DNA from: a virus
Reading direction: 5' to 3' (one strand)
DNA length: 64,000 nt
IMG/VR virus record: IMGVR_UViG_3300034101_001322
Span: 1-64,000 of that record
Below are positions 1 through 8,590 of the stretch, piece after piece; position 1 is the stretch's first letter, and each line of letters starts with the position of its first letter. The position numbers were made by a program, and so were the translations under genes. A model generated the notes under the pieces. The model was not told the origin of the DNA, searched no databases, and saw only the letters and a program-made list of their open reading frames with translations.

Positions 1-224
1 ACAGGAATTATTATTTTTGATCTACATGAAACAAGAATTGACCCATGTCAATGTCCACCAGATAACATGCTAGTGTTATAGGATAGGGGGTACCCCCACC
101 CCCTTTCTGCAGTGTGCTCACTAAAATTTATGCATTTTATTTTTACAATCATGTATCATACATCTGACAAAAATATTCAGATTTTGGGGAAATGAAAAAT
201 TTTTCAGATTTTGCCAGGGACAGA

Positions 225-233
225 TGATACAAT
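225..233 (+). promoter_or_regulatory. extended -10 promoter (TGATACAAT), leaderless
   Basis: TGn-TACAAT 6 nt upstream of ATG 240, no SD. Confidence 0.6.
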
Positions 234-239
234 AAATCT

Positions 240-380
240 ATGGGAATATTAGACAATCTAGAAAACTCCTGGGATGACTTTGAATTTGAGTCCAAACCTC
301 TAATCGAGACAAATAACCTAGGTGAAAAGATCCAGGGTACACAAGAACTCACTCTGGACGAAGAAGTAATAGACCTATAG
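240..380 (+). CDS. small acidic hypothetical protein (46 aa, not in ORF track)
   Basis: ATG240..TAG380, MGILDNLENSWDDFEFESKPLIETNNLGEKIQGTQELTLDEEVIDL, directly behind an extended -10. Confidence 0.65.
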   Translation: MGILDNLENSWDDFEFESKPLIETNNLGEKIQGTQELTLDEEVIDL

Positions 381-419
381 CCAGTTACAAGGTTTGAAGG
401 TTTGGCAGGGTATAAAAAC

Positions 420-632
420 CTACCACTTACCTATAGGACACTTAGCCTTTTCAAGTGTAGTCTTTAACTTCATAAAACATCCACACTTCTTACAGGTTTG
501 AGTCTTTGGTCTAAACCATTCACAGGTTTGGCATATTTTCAAACGGTATGCAGCCAATTCATCTGGCGACTTAGGTGATCCATTAATCAAATCCCAAGGC
601 TTAACATCACGGTCATCCTGATCATCATTCAT
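420..632 (-). CDS. Cys-rich putative zinc-binding protein (70 aa, DUF6171-like)
   Basis: RLKICQTC..CKKCGC..K..CPIGKW pattern; start reassigned to ATG 632 because TATACT lies 6 nt upstream. Confidence 0.7.
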   Translation of the reverse strand: MNDDQDDRDVKPWDLINGSPKSPDELAAYRLKICQTCEWFRPKTQTCKKCGCFMKLKTTLEKAKCPIGKW

Positions 633-694
633 CAAACCAGTATACCTTATCTGGATCATATGTAGATATAACAAAACGTTACAAACCTTATATT

Positions 695-726
695 TGGCTA
701 TCGGGGATAAATGGCTATCGGGGATA
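695..726. repeat. 15-bp direct repeat TGGCTATCGGGGATA x2
   Basis: exact copies at 695-709 and 712-726. Confidence 0.85.
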
Positions 727-841
727 CGGAGATAGCAGAGAATATATTCCATACCAGACATATGTGGTTTGTTAAACCATTGTTGTCTGTAGGGAGGTTT
801 GTTATCTCTATTTTCGCCTTTGTTGTTTCCCGCCAAAATAA

Positions 842-850
842 TGCTATAAT
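842..850 (+). promoter_or_regulatory. extended -10 promoter TGCTATAAT, leaderless
   Basis: 6 nt upstream of ATG 857. Confidence 0.75.
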
Positions 851-856
851 AACGAT

Positions 857-1132
857 ATGACCCAACACTCACTAACTGCTCTTAGCAACGCTACATCAAC
901 TCGCATGACTCCTCCAGGTTCACACGGTGGAATGGATATTACGCTTCAAAATGTTAATGCTACGGGCTACATCTATATTGGCGGCGAAGGAGTTACCTCT
1001 TCTAATTACGGCTTTAGGATTTTGCCAAACCACTCAATTTCTTTCGAACTTTCATCCAACGACGCTTTATATGCAATCTCTTCAGTAGACGCTATGAACA
1101 TTGCTATGATTCAAATCGGCTTGGAGCCTTAA
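857..1132 (+). CDS. hypothetical small beta-rich protein, possibly virion-associated
   Basis: ORF with promoter; ITLQN..IYIGG..VT...G.RI.P pattern. Confidence 0.65.
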   Translation: MTQHSLTALSNATSTRMTPPGSHGGMDITLQNVNATGYIYIGGEGVTSSNYGFRILPNHSISFELSSNDALYAISSVDAMNIAMIQIGLEP

Positions 1133-1579
1133 GTGGCAAGATTTACTCATCCCGCCTTTGGTGATGTCGGCGGACTCACAACCGAAATAAAATCTTATTC
1201 TCCAGTATGGTCTGGAACTGGACTAGCCTTTACTGGAACTCCTGCGACAGGAACATATATAAAAATCGGAAATCTTATTCAAGTTCAAATTAGTGTTGAC
1301 TTTGACAATGTAAGTAATTTTGGAACTGGACAATATTCGTTGACTTTACCTTTCCCGTCAAAATACCACACCGATGTTTATGGTGGCTCTGTTCATGATG
1401 TTGTTAATCAAGGAGTAGATCATTATAGTATTAAAGGGCACTTAACTGATGCCAGTTCTACCTTTACAATTTGGAACATTAAGTCTTCCGCAGCAGATGA
1501 ACCATTTGACCACAACAGTCCTATTAACTTGACAACATCAGACTTATTTCACATGTCTTTTTCATACATTTGTGAATAA
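1133..1579 (+). CDS. putative tail fibre tip / receptor-binding beta-sandwich protein
   Basis: YSPVWSG..GTYIKIGNLIQV..SLTLPF resembles fibre C-terminal domains. Confidence 0.55.
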   Translation: MARFTHPAFGDVGGLTTEIKSYSPVWSGTGLAFTGTPATGTYIKIGNLIQVQISVDFDNVSNFGTGQYSLTLPFPSKYHTDVYGGSVHDVVNQGVDHYSIKGHLTDASSTFTIWNIKSSAADEPFDHNSPINLTTSDLFHMSFSYICE

Positions 1580-1593
1580 TTAATCTCAAATAG

Positions 1594-1602
1594 TGATATA
1601 AT
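1594..1602 (+). promoter_or_regulatory. extended -10 promoter TGATATAAT, leaderless
   Basis: 7 nt upstream of ATG 1610. Confidence 0.75.
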
Positions 1603-1609
1603 AAAACTT

Positions 1610-1825
1610 ATGACTCCACAAGACTGGGCAGCGCTAATATTATCTATAGCATCTATTTTTGCAATTGTTGCTGGTGGAATCAAATGGCTCGTAAAACATT
1701 ATTTAAACGAACTTAAGCCCAATTCAGGATCCAGTCTAAAAGATTCTGTTACAAGACTTGAAGAAAAAACTGACAAGATGTTCGATCTATTAATTGAACA
1801 TATCAAAGATCATAATAAAAAATAA
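1610..1825 (+). CDS. membrane protein, holin-like
   Basis: N-terminal TM helix then PNSGSSLKDSVTRLE coiled coil, typical of actinophage membrane proteins. Confidence 0.6.
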   Translation: MTPQDWAALILSIASIFAIVAGGIKWLVKHYLNELKPNSGSSLKDSVTRLEEKTDKMFDLLIEHIKDHNKK

Positions 1826-2051
1826 TCTTCTATATATAATATATTCTAAAAACTAAGTTTAGATATAGTTCTTTTCTTTATATATTTTAAGTATACACCA
1901 TCTACACTCTGGGCTATTGAGACTTATAGGTATAAAACGGACATTGTAATTATAACAATTAGATAACGAATTTTATATACCTGGATTTTTAAACGTTTTA
2001 TGCGTAAAGGTAACAAAAAGTTATACAATCAATAAAAGTATAATATTTCAA

Positions 2052-2060
2052 TGATATAAT
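2052..2060 (+). promoter_or_regulatory. extended -10 promoter TGATATAAT for candidate sRNA
   Basis: consensus motif followed by a hairpin and T-tract with no ORF in between. Confidence 0.65.
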
Positions 2061-2066
2061 CTAAAC

Positions 2067-2127
2067 AGATTAGTCCCTAGGTTGCTCTCTACCCCACCCC
2101 ACTGCTCCTAGGGATTAATCCTTTTTT
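2067..2127 (+). ncRNA. candidate small RNA: 14-bp stem, 25-nt C-rich loop, U-tract
   Basis: GATTAGTCCCTAGG(2068-2081)/CCTAGGGATTAATC(2107-2120), loop TTGCTCTCTACCCCACCCCACTGCT, T6 at 2122-2127, own promoter. Confidence 0.55.
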
Positions 2128-2128
2128 A

Positions 2129-2137
2129 TGGTATAAT
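2129..2137 (+). promoter_or_regulatory. extended -10 promoter TGGTATAAT
   Basis: 8 nt upstream of ATG 2146, no SD. Confidence 0.7.
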
Positions 2138-2145
2138 CAATTATT

Positions 2146-2550
2146 ATGTGTACCTCTACAATCCAAAAATATGGCGCTAACCCAATAAGCGTAAAATGGA
2201 ACGTTGTCCGTGGAGACACTGCCCAACTTTTTATTGACTTCCTTGAGTTGGATGAAACTACAGGGTTTGACTGCTCTGACTGGACCTATAAGGCTACAGC
2301 ATATGATACCAATGGTGATGTCCTAGATGAACTTGTTACAGAGTCTGAGGGGCATTCTGTGACCATTAAAGCCCCTGCCTCACTTACGCTTAACTGGGGA
2401 TCTTCATATAAAACTGTTGTAGCAGAACTGCCATTTGATTTACAGGTAGTTATTGAAGCAGGTAGCGGTGCAGGAGAAGACACAGTTTGGACTCCAATTA
2501 TTGGTACAATTACTGTCATAGGAGATGTTTCTCCAGGAGGTAGTCTATGA
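2146..2550 (+). CDS. virion structural protein, RGDT-motif (BppU N-terminal-like)
   Basis: VVRGDTA..FDLQV..GTITVIGDV; paralogue of 2651 and 16441. Confidence 0.6.
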   Translation: MCTSTIQKYGANPISVKWNVVRGDTAQLFIDFLELDETTGFDCSDWTYKATAYDTNGDVLDELVTESEGHSVTIKAPASLTLNWGSSYKTVVAELPFDLQVVIEAGSGAGEDTVWTPIIGTITVIGDVSPGGSL

Positions 2551-2651
2551 GTATTCCAACAGACATAGTAATTGCTATTACATCTAAGACAGATGTTCTA
2601 CCACCGATTGTAAAAGTTGATGATATTATTTATAAGGTACAGGAGTTGTAA
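2547..2651 (+). CDS. small hypothetical protein (34 aa, not in ORF track)
   Basis: AGGAGG SD, ATGA overlap upstream and TAATG overlap downstream; MSIPTDIVIAITSKTDVLPPIVKVDDIIYKVQEL. Confidence 0.7.
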   Translation: MSIPTDIVIAITSKTDVLPPIVKVDDIIYKVQEL

Positions 2652-2995
2652 TGGCGTTTCCAGGAACATTTAATTTTAGTTACTACCGTGGTGATACAAA
2701 TCAGTTTGTAGTTCGCCCTAAGACTGCCAATGGATCAGCATTTGACTTGACTGGATATACCGCTCAATTTATAATTGCAAACCGTCGTGGTGCAACTGGC
2801 ACACAGTATGAAGCACAGGCTGTAGTAGATACAGTAAATGATTTAATTACATGCACAATCTTGCCAGGTGTAGGACGACAACTTTCAGCAGGAACCTTTG
2901 TATATGATATTCAGATTACAACAGGTGCTGCAAATATTTTAACAATTTTAACTGGATCAATTACAGTAACGGATGATATTACAGGTGCCGTCTAA
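2651..2995 (+). CDS. virion structural protein, RGDT-motif (BppU N-terminal-like)
   Basis: YYRGDT..FDLTGY..YDIQI..GSITVTDDIT. Confidence 0.65.
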   Translation: MAFPGTFNFSYYRGDTNQFVVRPKTANGSAFDLTGYTAQFIIANRRGATGTQYEAQAVVDTVNDLITCTILPGVGRQLSAGTFVYDIQITTGAANILTILTGSITVTDDITGAV

Positions 2996-3570
2996 TGCCT
3001 GATGTTTTATTGTCTAACGATGATGTAACTGTTTTAGGTCCCCCAAATACCGTTGAGGTTTTAGTAGACATTGGTCCAACTGGAACTCGTGGTAGCCAGG
3101 TATTCGTTGGTATCGGAGATCCAAACCTTGTAGAAATTGGTCAAACACCAATTCTTAATGATTTATATATTAATACATCTCCAGGCGCAGATTATGGATA
3201 TATGTATCAATATGTTTCTGAGCCTGGTGGAGATACTTGGATTCAGATTTTAGAAATTAGTCCAACCCTATATAGCGAACTTCATACTACAACATATGTT
3301 GACGGAGTTGCACAAATAGTAATACCTATTTCAAACATTGTTACAGTTACTGGCTCCCCGCTAGTTTCTACTAACTTTGTAGTTCAATATAGCATTGCCC
3401 ATACTAACCCAGTTGCTTCATCTGTTGTTGTCCCCGCCCTAGTTGGAGAAGGTACAAACTTAGTCTTAGACTTTGCAGCAGTAGAATATACTGGATCAGC
3501 ATGGCAAAATTTAGATGAGGAGGTAACCACTCATATCTTTATATCAATTGTTCTGGACGAAGAGTCATAA
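2995..3570 (+). CDS. putative virion structural protein
   Basis: coupled ORF; short collagen-like GPTGTRGS and GDP..DLYIN motif. Confidence 0.55.
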   Translation: MPDVLLSNDDVTVLGPPNTVEVLVDIGPTGTRGSQVFVGIGDPNLVEIGQTPILNDLYINTSPGADYGYMYQYVSEPGGDTWIQILEISPTLYSELHTTTYVDGVAQIVIPISNIVTVTGSPLVSTNFVVQYSIAHTNPVASSVVVPALVGEGTNLVLDFAAVEYTGSAWQNLDEEVTTHIFISIVLDEES

Positions 3571-3584
3571 AGACAATAAGATTA

Positions 3585-3593
3585 TGGTATAAT
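3585..3593 (+). promoter_or_regulatory. extended -10 promoter TGGTATAAT (cassette 1)
   Basis: consensus, followed by SD GAGGTG and ATG 3613. Confidence 0.7.
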
Positions 3594-3612
3594 TTTGGAG
3601 AGGTGATATATT

Positions 3613-4710
3613 ATGGCAGTTGAATCAATTGGAGCGCTCTACCCAACAAAGATCCCAGGGTATGCAGACGCAGCAGACATTCAGGCAGCATTACGTGCCT
3701 ATCATTATGGATCATACACATATGACACAGCGAATACCTCAACAGCAGCACTAGAGGCAAACTCTATTGCAAAAATTTTATTTGATATCGAAACAGATAT
3801 TACAGCACTTGAAAATCGTCCATCATCAGGTGGAGAAGTTGATACAACAGCACCTGCCGCAGGAGACTTTACACCAACAGAAATTCCAGATGGTTTTATT
3901 TGGGTTGACGAAGACGGTTCACTTGGTGGAGCACCAGTCGGTGCAACAGCGGTATTTACAAACTCAGCACCTACAACATCACTTACAACTGGAACAGTTT
4001 GGGTAGATAAAGATGCAACAGCAGTTTTAAGTAATCCTTTTATTCCTCAAGCAATTATTGCAGCAAAAGGTGATTTGCTAGCAGGTACTGCAAATGACAC
4101 AGTAGCAGTTCTCTCAGTTGGATCAAATGGACAGGTACTTAAGGCTAATTCAGCAACAACATCTGGTCTTGAATGGGCAGCAGATTCAACATACTCAGCA
4201 CCAACACTTGGATCAACATCAATTGCTTCTGGTGCAACAGTTACAACAGTTGCAGGTTTGACATTAACAGCACCAACTCTAACATCTCCAACATTTACTG
4301 GTACATCAAAGATTGCACAAATTTTAGAAACAACAACTCTTTCAACATCAGCACCTACATCAACAACAAACTATGATGTTCTTACAAATGGCGCTGTAAC
4401 ATATGTTACTGCTTCAAATACAAGTAACTACACACTCAATGTTCGTGGGGATGGATCAACAACTCTTAACTCAGTAATGTCAACTGGACAAGCATTAACA
4501 ATTGCATTCTTGGTTACAAATGGTGGAACTGCTTATTATCAAACAGCCCTTCAAATTGATGGAACAACATCAGGAGTAACACTTGAATGGCAGGGCGGAA
4601 CAGCACCTTCTTCAGGAAATACAAACTCAGTTGATATTTATTCAATTACAATCATTAAAACAGCATCAGCCACCTTTACAGCATTCGCTGCACAAACAAA
4701 GTTTGCGTAA
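3613..4710 (+). CDS. tail fibre/adaptor protein
   Basis: Thr-rich; AKGDLLAGT fibre repeat; C-terminal ~125 aa paralogous to 12269 gene. Confidence 0.65.
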   Translation: MAVESIGALYPTKIPGYADAADIQAALRAYHYGSYTYDTANTSTAALEANSIAKILFDIETDITALENRPSSGGEVDTTAPAAGDFTPTEIPDGFIWVDEDGSLGGAPVGATAVFTNSAPTTSLTTGTVWVDKDATAVLSNPFIPQAIIAAKGDLLAGTANDTVAVLSVGSNGQVLKANSATTSGLEWAADSTYSAPTLGSTSIASGATVTTVAGLTLTAPTLTSPTFTGTSKIAQILETTTLSTSAPTSTTNYDVLTNGAVTYVTASNTSNYTLNVRGDGSTTLNSVMSTGQALTIAFLVTNGGTAYYQTALQIDGTTSGVTLEWQGGTAPSSGNTNSVDIYSITIIKTASATFTAFAAQTKFA

Positions 4711-4719
4711 GGTGATCTA

Positions 4720-5316
4720 GTGAGTCCATTACTAGATTCAATAGGTTCAGTTAAAGGTTTTGGATTTGGATCTTTTGTACCTTCAGCAGAAATTCTAGGA
4801 TCATTTGATGCTCTATCTGCTGTAAATTTAACCACAACTACAGCATCTGTAACACTATCTAGCATTCCAGGTTCATACAGACATTTACAACTTCGTGGTA
4901 TAGCAAGAAGTAATGCTGCTGGTGCTGGAGGTAATGCTGGAATATATGTTCAGTTTAATGGAGACACTGGATCAAGTTATTCGTTTCACTATTTTCTTGG
5001 AAGTGGGTCAGGTAATGCAGGAGCAGGAGCACTATCAAGCCAAACCTCTATATTCACAGCACCTATGAATCCAAGAGCAGGAGATACTGCTAATATGTTT
5101 GGTTCTTATATTACTGATATATTTGATTATTCTTCGGGAATAAAAAATAAAACAGTATCTACTTTGGCTGGTTCAAGCACTAACAATTCAACTGGTGAAA
5201 GAATTTCTTTAAACTCTGGTTTATGGAGAAGCACAACGCCAATCACATCTATAACATTATATATGGAAGGCGATTTTGCTGCAAATTCAAGATTCGCACT
5301 TTATGGGGTGAACTAA
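4720..5316 (+). CDS. putative virion protein (SIPxxYxxL domain)
   Basis: same domain as N-termini of 5318 and 6629 products. Confidence 0.6.
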   Translation: MSPLLDSIGSVKGFGFGSFVPSAEILGSFDALSAVNLTTTTASVTLSSIPGSYRHLQLRGIARSNAAGAGGNAGIYVQFNGDTGSSYSFHYFLGSGSGNAGAGALSSQTSIFTAPMNPRAGDTANMFGSYITDIFDYSSGIKNKTVSTLAGSSTNNSTGERISLNSGLWRSTTPITSITLYMEGDFAANSRFALYGVN

Positions 5317-5317
5317 T

Positions 5318-6616
5318 ATGGGACTTAATACTTATGTGGCTTTATATACAACAACACTTGCATCTCCAGCAGCATCTATAGTATTTAACTCTATCAGCCA
5401 AAATTATACAGACCTTGTTTTAGTTTCTAGAATTATTGGTGGATCTGGTGGAAATGATTGTCTTGTAAGATTAAATTCTGATACTGGAACTAACTATTCG
5501 AATACAGTTTTATATGGATCTGGAAGTTCAAATGCACTCTCTACTAGAGGTGTAAATGTTACCTACCTTGCTGGAAACATTACTTCAATTGAAACAGGCG
5601 AAGTTAATAATATGGTTATGTCTTTTAATAATTACTCAAACACGGTCACACATAAAACTTGTTTAACTAGACATAACTCAACACATAGCGGAAAGTATGT
5701 AACTGCCAGCGCTGGTCTTTGGCGTAATACAAATGCGATTACATCGATTGAAATTAATACAAATAATAATGGTACTTGGGCTGCTGGTACTAGCATATCT
5801 TTATATGGAATAGTTGCTGCAGGAGCAAACCCAACTCCAAAAGCAACTGGTGGAGTTATTTCTACTGACTCTCTATATTACTATCACACCTTCCCCAGCA
5901 GTGGAACATTCACTCCATCACAAGCACTTACATGTGACTACTTTATAGTTGCTGGTGGCGGTGGTGCAGGAGCAACAGTAGGTGGAGGTTGGTCTGGTGG
6001 TGGTGGAGGTGCAGGTGGTTACAGAAGTTTTAATTCAGTTAGTTTTGCTAGCGGAACTACATATACAGCAACAATTGGTGCTGGAGGCAATGGTGGGTCT
6101 GGATCAGGTGGTACTGGTTCCAATGGTTCCACTACAAGTTTGATTGGTGGAGCAATATCTAGTTCATCATCTGGTGGTGGAGGTGGTGGTACTTCTAAAG
6201 AAAATGGTAACACTCAAACAAACGGAGCAGCAGGTGGTTCAGGTGGTGGTGCACCACAGAATACTGTAAATGTTAACGGTGGTGCTGGTAACTCTGGTGG
6301 CTATACCCCTGTAGAAGGCTACGCAGGATTTTCAAATACTACAGGAGGATTTACTGGAACTGGTCAAGGTGGTGGAGCAGGCGGTATAGGTATTGCTGGA
6401 ACTTACTTATTAGAATATCCATTTAATGGAGTAGTAGCCTTTGACGGAAATCGTTATGCCAATGGTGGTGGTGCTAGATGGCTTACTGCTGACGTTATGA
6501 CTGGAGATCAGGCAACAGGCAATGGTGGCTATAGTAAAAATGACGGGACTGGAACTAACTATACTGGTGGTAAAGGTGGATCTGGAACTGTTGTGATTAG
6601 ATACTTGAAGGCTTAA
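5318..6616 (+). CDS. glycine-rich adhesin-like virion protein
   Basis: SIxQxYTDL domain + YYYHTF.SSGTF + VAGGGG..GGSGTVVIRY module. Confidence 0.7.
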   Translation: MGLNTYVALYTTTLASPAASIVFNSISQNYTDLVLVSRIIGGSGGNDCLVRLNSDTGTNYSNTVLYGSGSSNALSTRGVNVTYLAGNITSIETGEVNNMVMSFNNYSNTVTHKTCLTRHNSTHSGKYVTASAGLWRNTNAITSIEINTNNNGTWAAGTSISLYGIVAAGANPTPKATGGVISTDSLYYYHTFPSSGTFTPSQALTCDYFIVAGGGGAGATVGGGWSGGGGGAGGYRSFNSVSFASGTTYTATIGAGGNGGSGSGGTGSNGSTTSLIGGAISSSSSGGGGGGTSKENGNTQTNGAAGGSGGGAPQNTVNVNGGAGNSGGYTPVEGYAGFSNTTGGFTGTGQGGGAGGIGIAGTYLLEYPFNGVVAFDGNRYANGGGARWLTADVMTGDQATGNGGYSKNDGTGTNYTGGKGGSGTVVIRYLKA

Positions 6617-6628
6617 AGGGAGATATAT

Positions 6629-7990
6629 ATGTCAGCAAATTATGTACTACTAGAAACTATAGAACTTACTACAAGTGCTGCATCTGTCACCTTTGATAAC
6701 ATACCTCAAACTGGATATACAGACTTAGTTTTAAAGTGTAGTGCAAGAACAACATATGCTTCTGCTTATGGAGACTCCTTTTATGTTTCTTTTAATGGTT
6801 CATCATCAAATATGTCACGCAGAAGAATGTATGGTTTAGGCGCTGGAACACCTGGATCAGATTCAGCATCAAATTCTTATGGAGGGTTTGGATCTGCTGC
6901 ATCTCAAACATCTAATGTTTTTGGAATTTCTGAGTTATATATACCAAACTATACTTCAGATAAATTAAAAACTTCATCTTTATATGCAGTTTCAGAAAAT
7001 AATGCTGCAGAAGCCCAGATAATCCTTAATGCAAATCTTTGGAGTAGCACTGCTGCTATCAATTCAATAACTTTAACTTCTGAAACATCTTCTAATTTTG
7101 TTCAATATAGTTCGTTTTCTCTTTATGGAGTGGCAGATTTAAATACAACTCCTACCACAGTTCCAAAGGCTAGTGGTGGAAATATTGTCACTAGCGATGG
7201 TACATATTGGTATCACACATTTTTGTCATCAGGATACTTTATTCCACAAGCCAATATCACCTGTGATTATTTAGTAGTTGCTGGTGGTGGCGCTGGAGGA
7301 GAAGGATATTCAACAAGAACAGGTGGCGGTGGTGCAGGTGGTTTACGATCAACTGTAGGTGCAACTGGTGGCGGTGGAACTCTTGAAACTCCTGTTCTTT
7401 TAAGTTCTGGAACAAGTTACGCAATTACAGTAGGCGCTGGGTCAGTCGGAGGAAATGGAAGCAATTCATCTATTGCAGGAACAGGATTAACAACTATCAC
7501 TTCATTAGGTGGTGGCGGTGGAACACAGTCTCCAGCCACTGCAAATAGTGGAGGCTCAGGAGGTGGTGCAGGTTGGAACCCAACAAACGGAATTGGAATT
7601 GGCGGTGCTGGAACTGCTGGACAAGGTTTTGCAGGTGGTAATTCATCAACAGGCGCATCATACGCTGCGGGTGGCGGTGGAGGAGCAGGTGCAGTTGGTC
7701 AAGCAGCACCTAATAATTCTACTGGTGGTGCAGGTGGCGCAGGAGTTTCTATTTCCGCTTTGGCTACTGCAACAGGAACAGGTGTGAGTAATTATTATGC
7801 AGGCGGCGGAGGCGGTGGCGGAAGCACAGCAGGAGCAGGCGGAGCAGGTGGTGGTGGTAACGGAAGTAGTGGAAGTATTGGAACTGCTGGTAGAGCAAAT
7901 ACAGGCGGTGGTGGTGGAGGACAACTTGGAGAAGGTTATTCCGCTAAAGGTGGTTCTGGTATTATTATAATTAGATATGCAATGGTATAA
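6629..7990 (+). CDS. glycine-rich adhesin-like virion protein
   Basis: NIPQTGYTDL domain + YWYHTF + YLVVAGGG..GGSGIIIIRY module. Confidence 0.7.
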   Translation: MSANYVLLETIELTTSAASVTFDNIPQTGYTDLVLKCSARTTYASAYGDSFYVSFNGSSSNMSRRRMYGLGAGTPGSDSASNSYGGFGSAASQTSNVFGISELYIPNYTSDKLKTSSLYAVSENNAAEAQIILNANLWSSTAAINSITLTSETSSNFVQYSSFSLYGVADLNTTPTTVPKASGGNIVTSDGTYWYHTFLSSGYFIPQANITCDYLVVAGGGAGGEGYSTRTGGGGAGGLRSTVGATGGGGTLETPVLLSSGTSYAITVGAGSVGGNGSNSSIAGTGLTTITSLGGGGGTQSPATANSGGSGGGAGWNPTNGIGIGGAGTAGQGFAGGNSSTGASYAAGGGGGAGAVGQAAPNNSTGGAGGAGVSISALATATGTGVSNYYAGGGGGGGSTAGAGGAGGGGNGSSGSIGTAGRANTGGGGGGQLGEGYSAKGGSGIIIIRYAMV

Positions 7991-8002
7991 AGGAGAATAT
8001 AA

Positions 8003-8338
8003 ATGTCACATTGGGCAGAAGTAGACGAAAACAACATAGTTCTTAGAGTGCTTGTTGGAAATAACAGTGAGTCAGACGAAGGCGAAGCCTTTATGAACTC
8101 ACTTGGCGGTACCTGGATAAAAACCAGTTATACCGATAGCATTAGAAAGAATTTTGCGGGAATTGGTTATTCATATGACCCATCTCGTGATGCATTCATT
8201 GCCCCCAAGCCATTTGAGTCTTGGGTACTGAATGAAGATACCTGTATATGGGAAGCACCAGTTGCATACCCAGAAGGTGGTATTATGTATACATGGAACG
8301 AAGAACTTGTCAATTGGGAGGAAATTGTAAATGACTGA
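8003..8338 (+). CDS. Trp/Pro-rich partner of glycine-rich protein (copy 1)
   Basis: W..TSY..RKNFAGIG..YD...DAFI.P.P..SW.LNE.T..WEAP; paralogue of 11900 and 14041. Confidence 0.7.
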   Translation: MSHWAEVDENNIVLRVLVGNNSESDEGEAFMNSLGGTWIKTSYTDSIRKNFAGIGYSYDPSRDAFIAPKPFESWVLNEDTCIWEAPVAYPEGGIMYTWNEELVNWEEIVND

Positions 8339-8564
8339 TGTACCTAAAAAATTGGTAGTAAACCTTGAGACTGGAATCCAGTCATACATCGATCTTACAC
8401 CAGAAGAAATTGAACAGCGTGAACTTGATGCTATTGCTTTTGCAACAGCACAGGCAGAGCGTGAAGCAGCAGAAGAAGCAGCACAGGCTGCTAAAGAGTC
8501 TGCAAATTCTAAGTTAACAGCACTAGGGTTAACTGCAGAAGAGATTGCTTCACTAACCAAGTAG
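8331..8564 (+). CDS. small helical protein, possible fibre assembly chaperone
   Basis: LTPEEI..Ala/Glu coiled coil..KLTALGLTAEEI. Confidence 0.55.
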   Translation: MTDVPKKLVVNLETGIQSYIDLTPEEIEQRELDAIAFATAQAEREAAEEAAQAAKESANSKLTALGLTAEEIASLTK

Positions 8565-8570
8565 CATTTT

Positions 8571-8590
8571 AGAATAAATCTGCTATAATA
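8571..8590 (+). promoter_or_regulatory. cassette-boundary promoter AGAATAAATCTGCTATAATA
   Basis: TGCTATAAT at 8581-8589; 19/20 identical to 12244-12263. Confidence 0.75.

Noticed and set aside
149-352. Minus-strand 67 aa ORF
   Set aside because: Overlaps the better supported plus-strand ORF 240-380
633-872. N-terminal extension of the 420-872 ORF
   Set aside because: Overlaps the divergent promoter region; a -10 box 6 nt before ATG 632 and the domain boundary support the shorter gene
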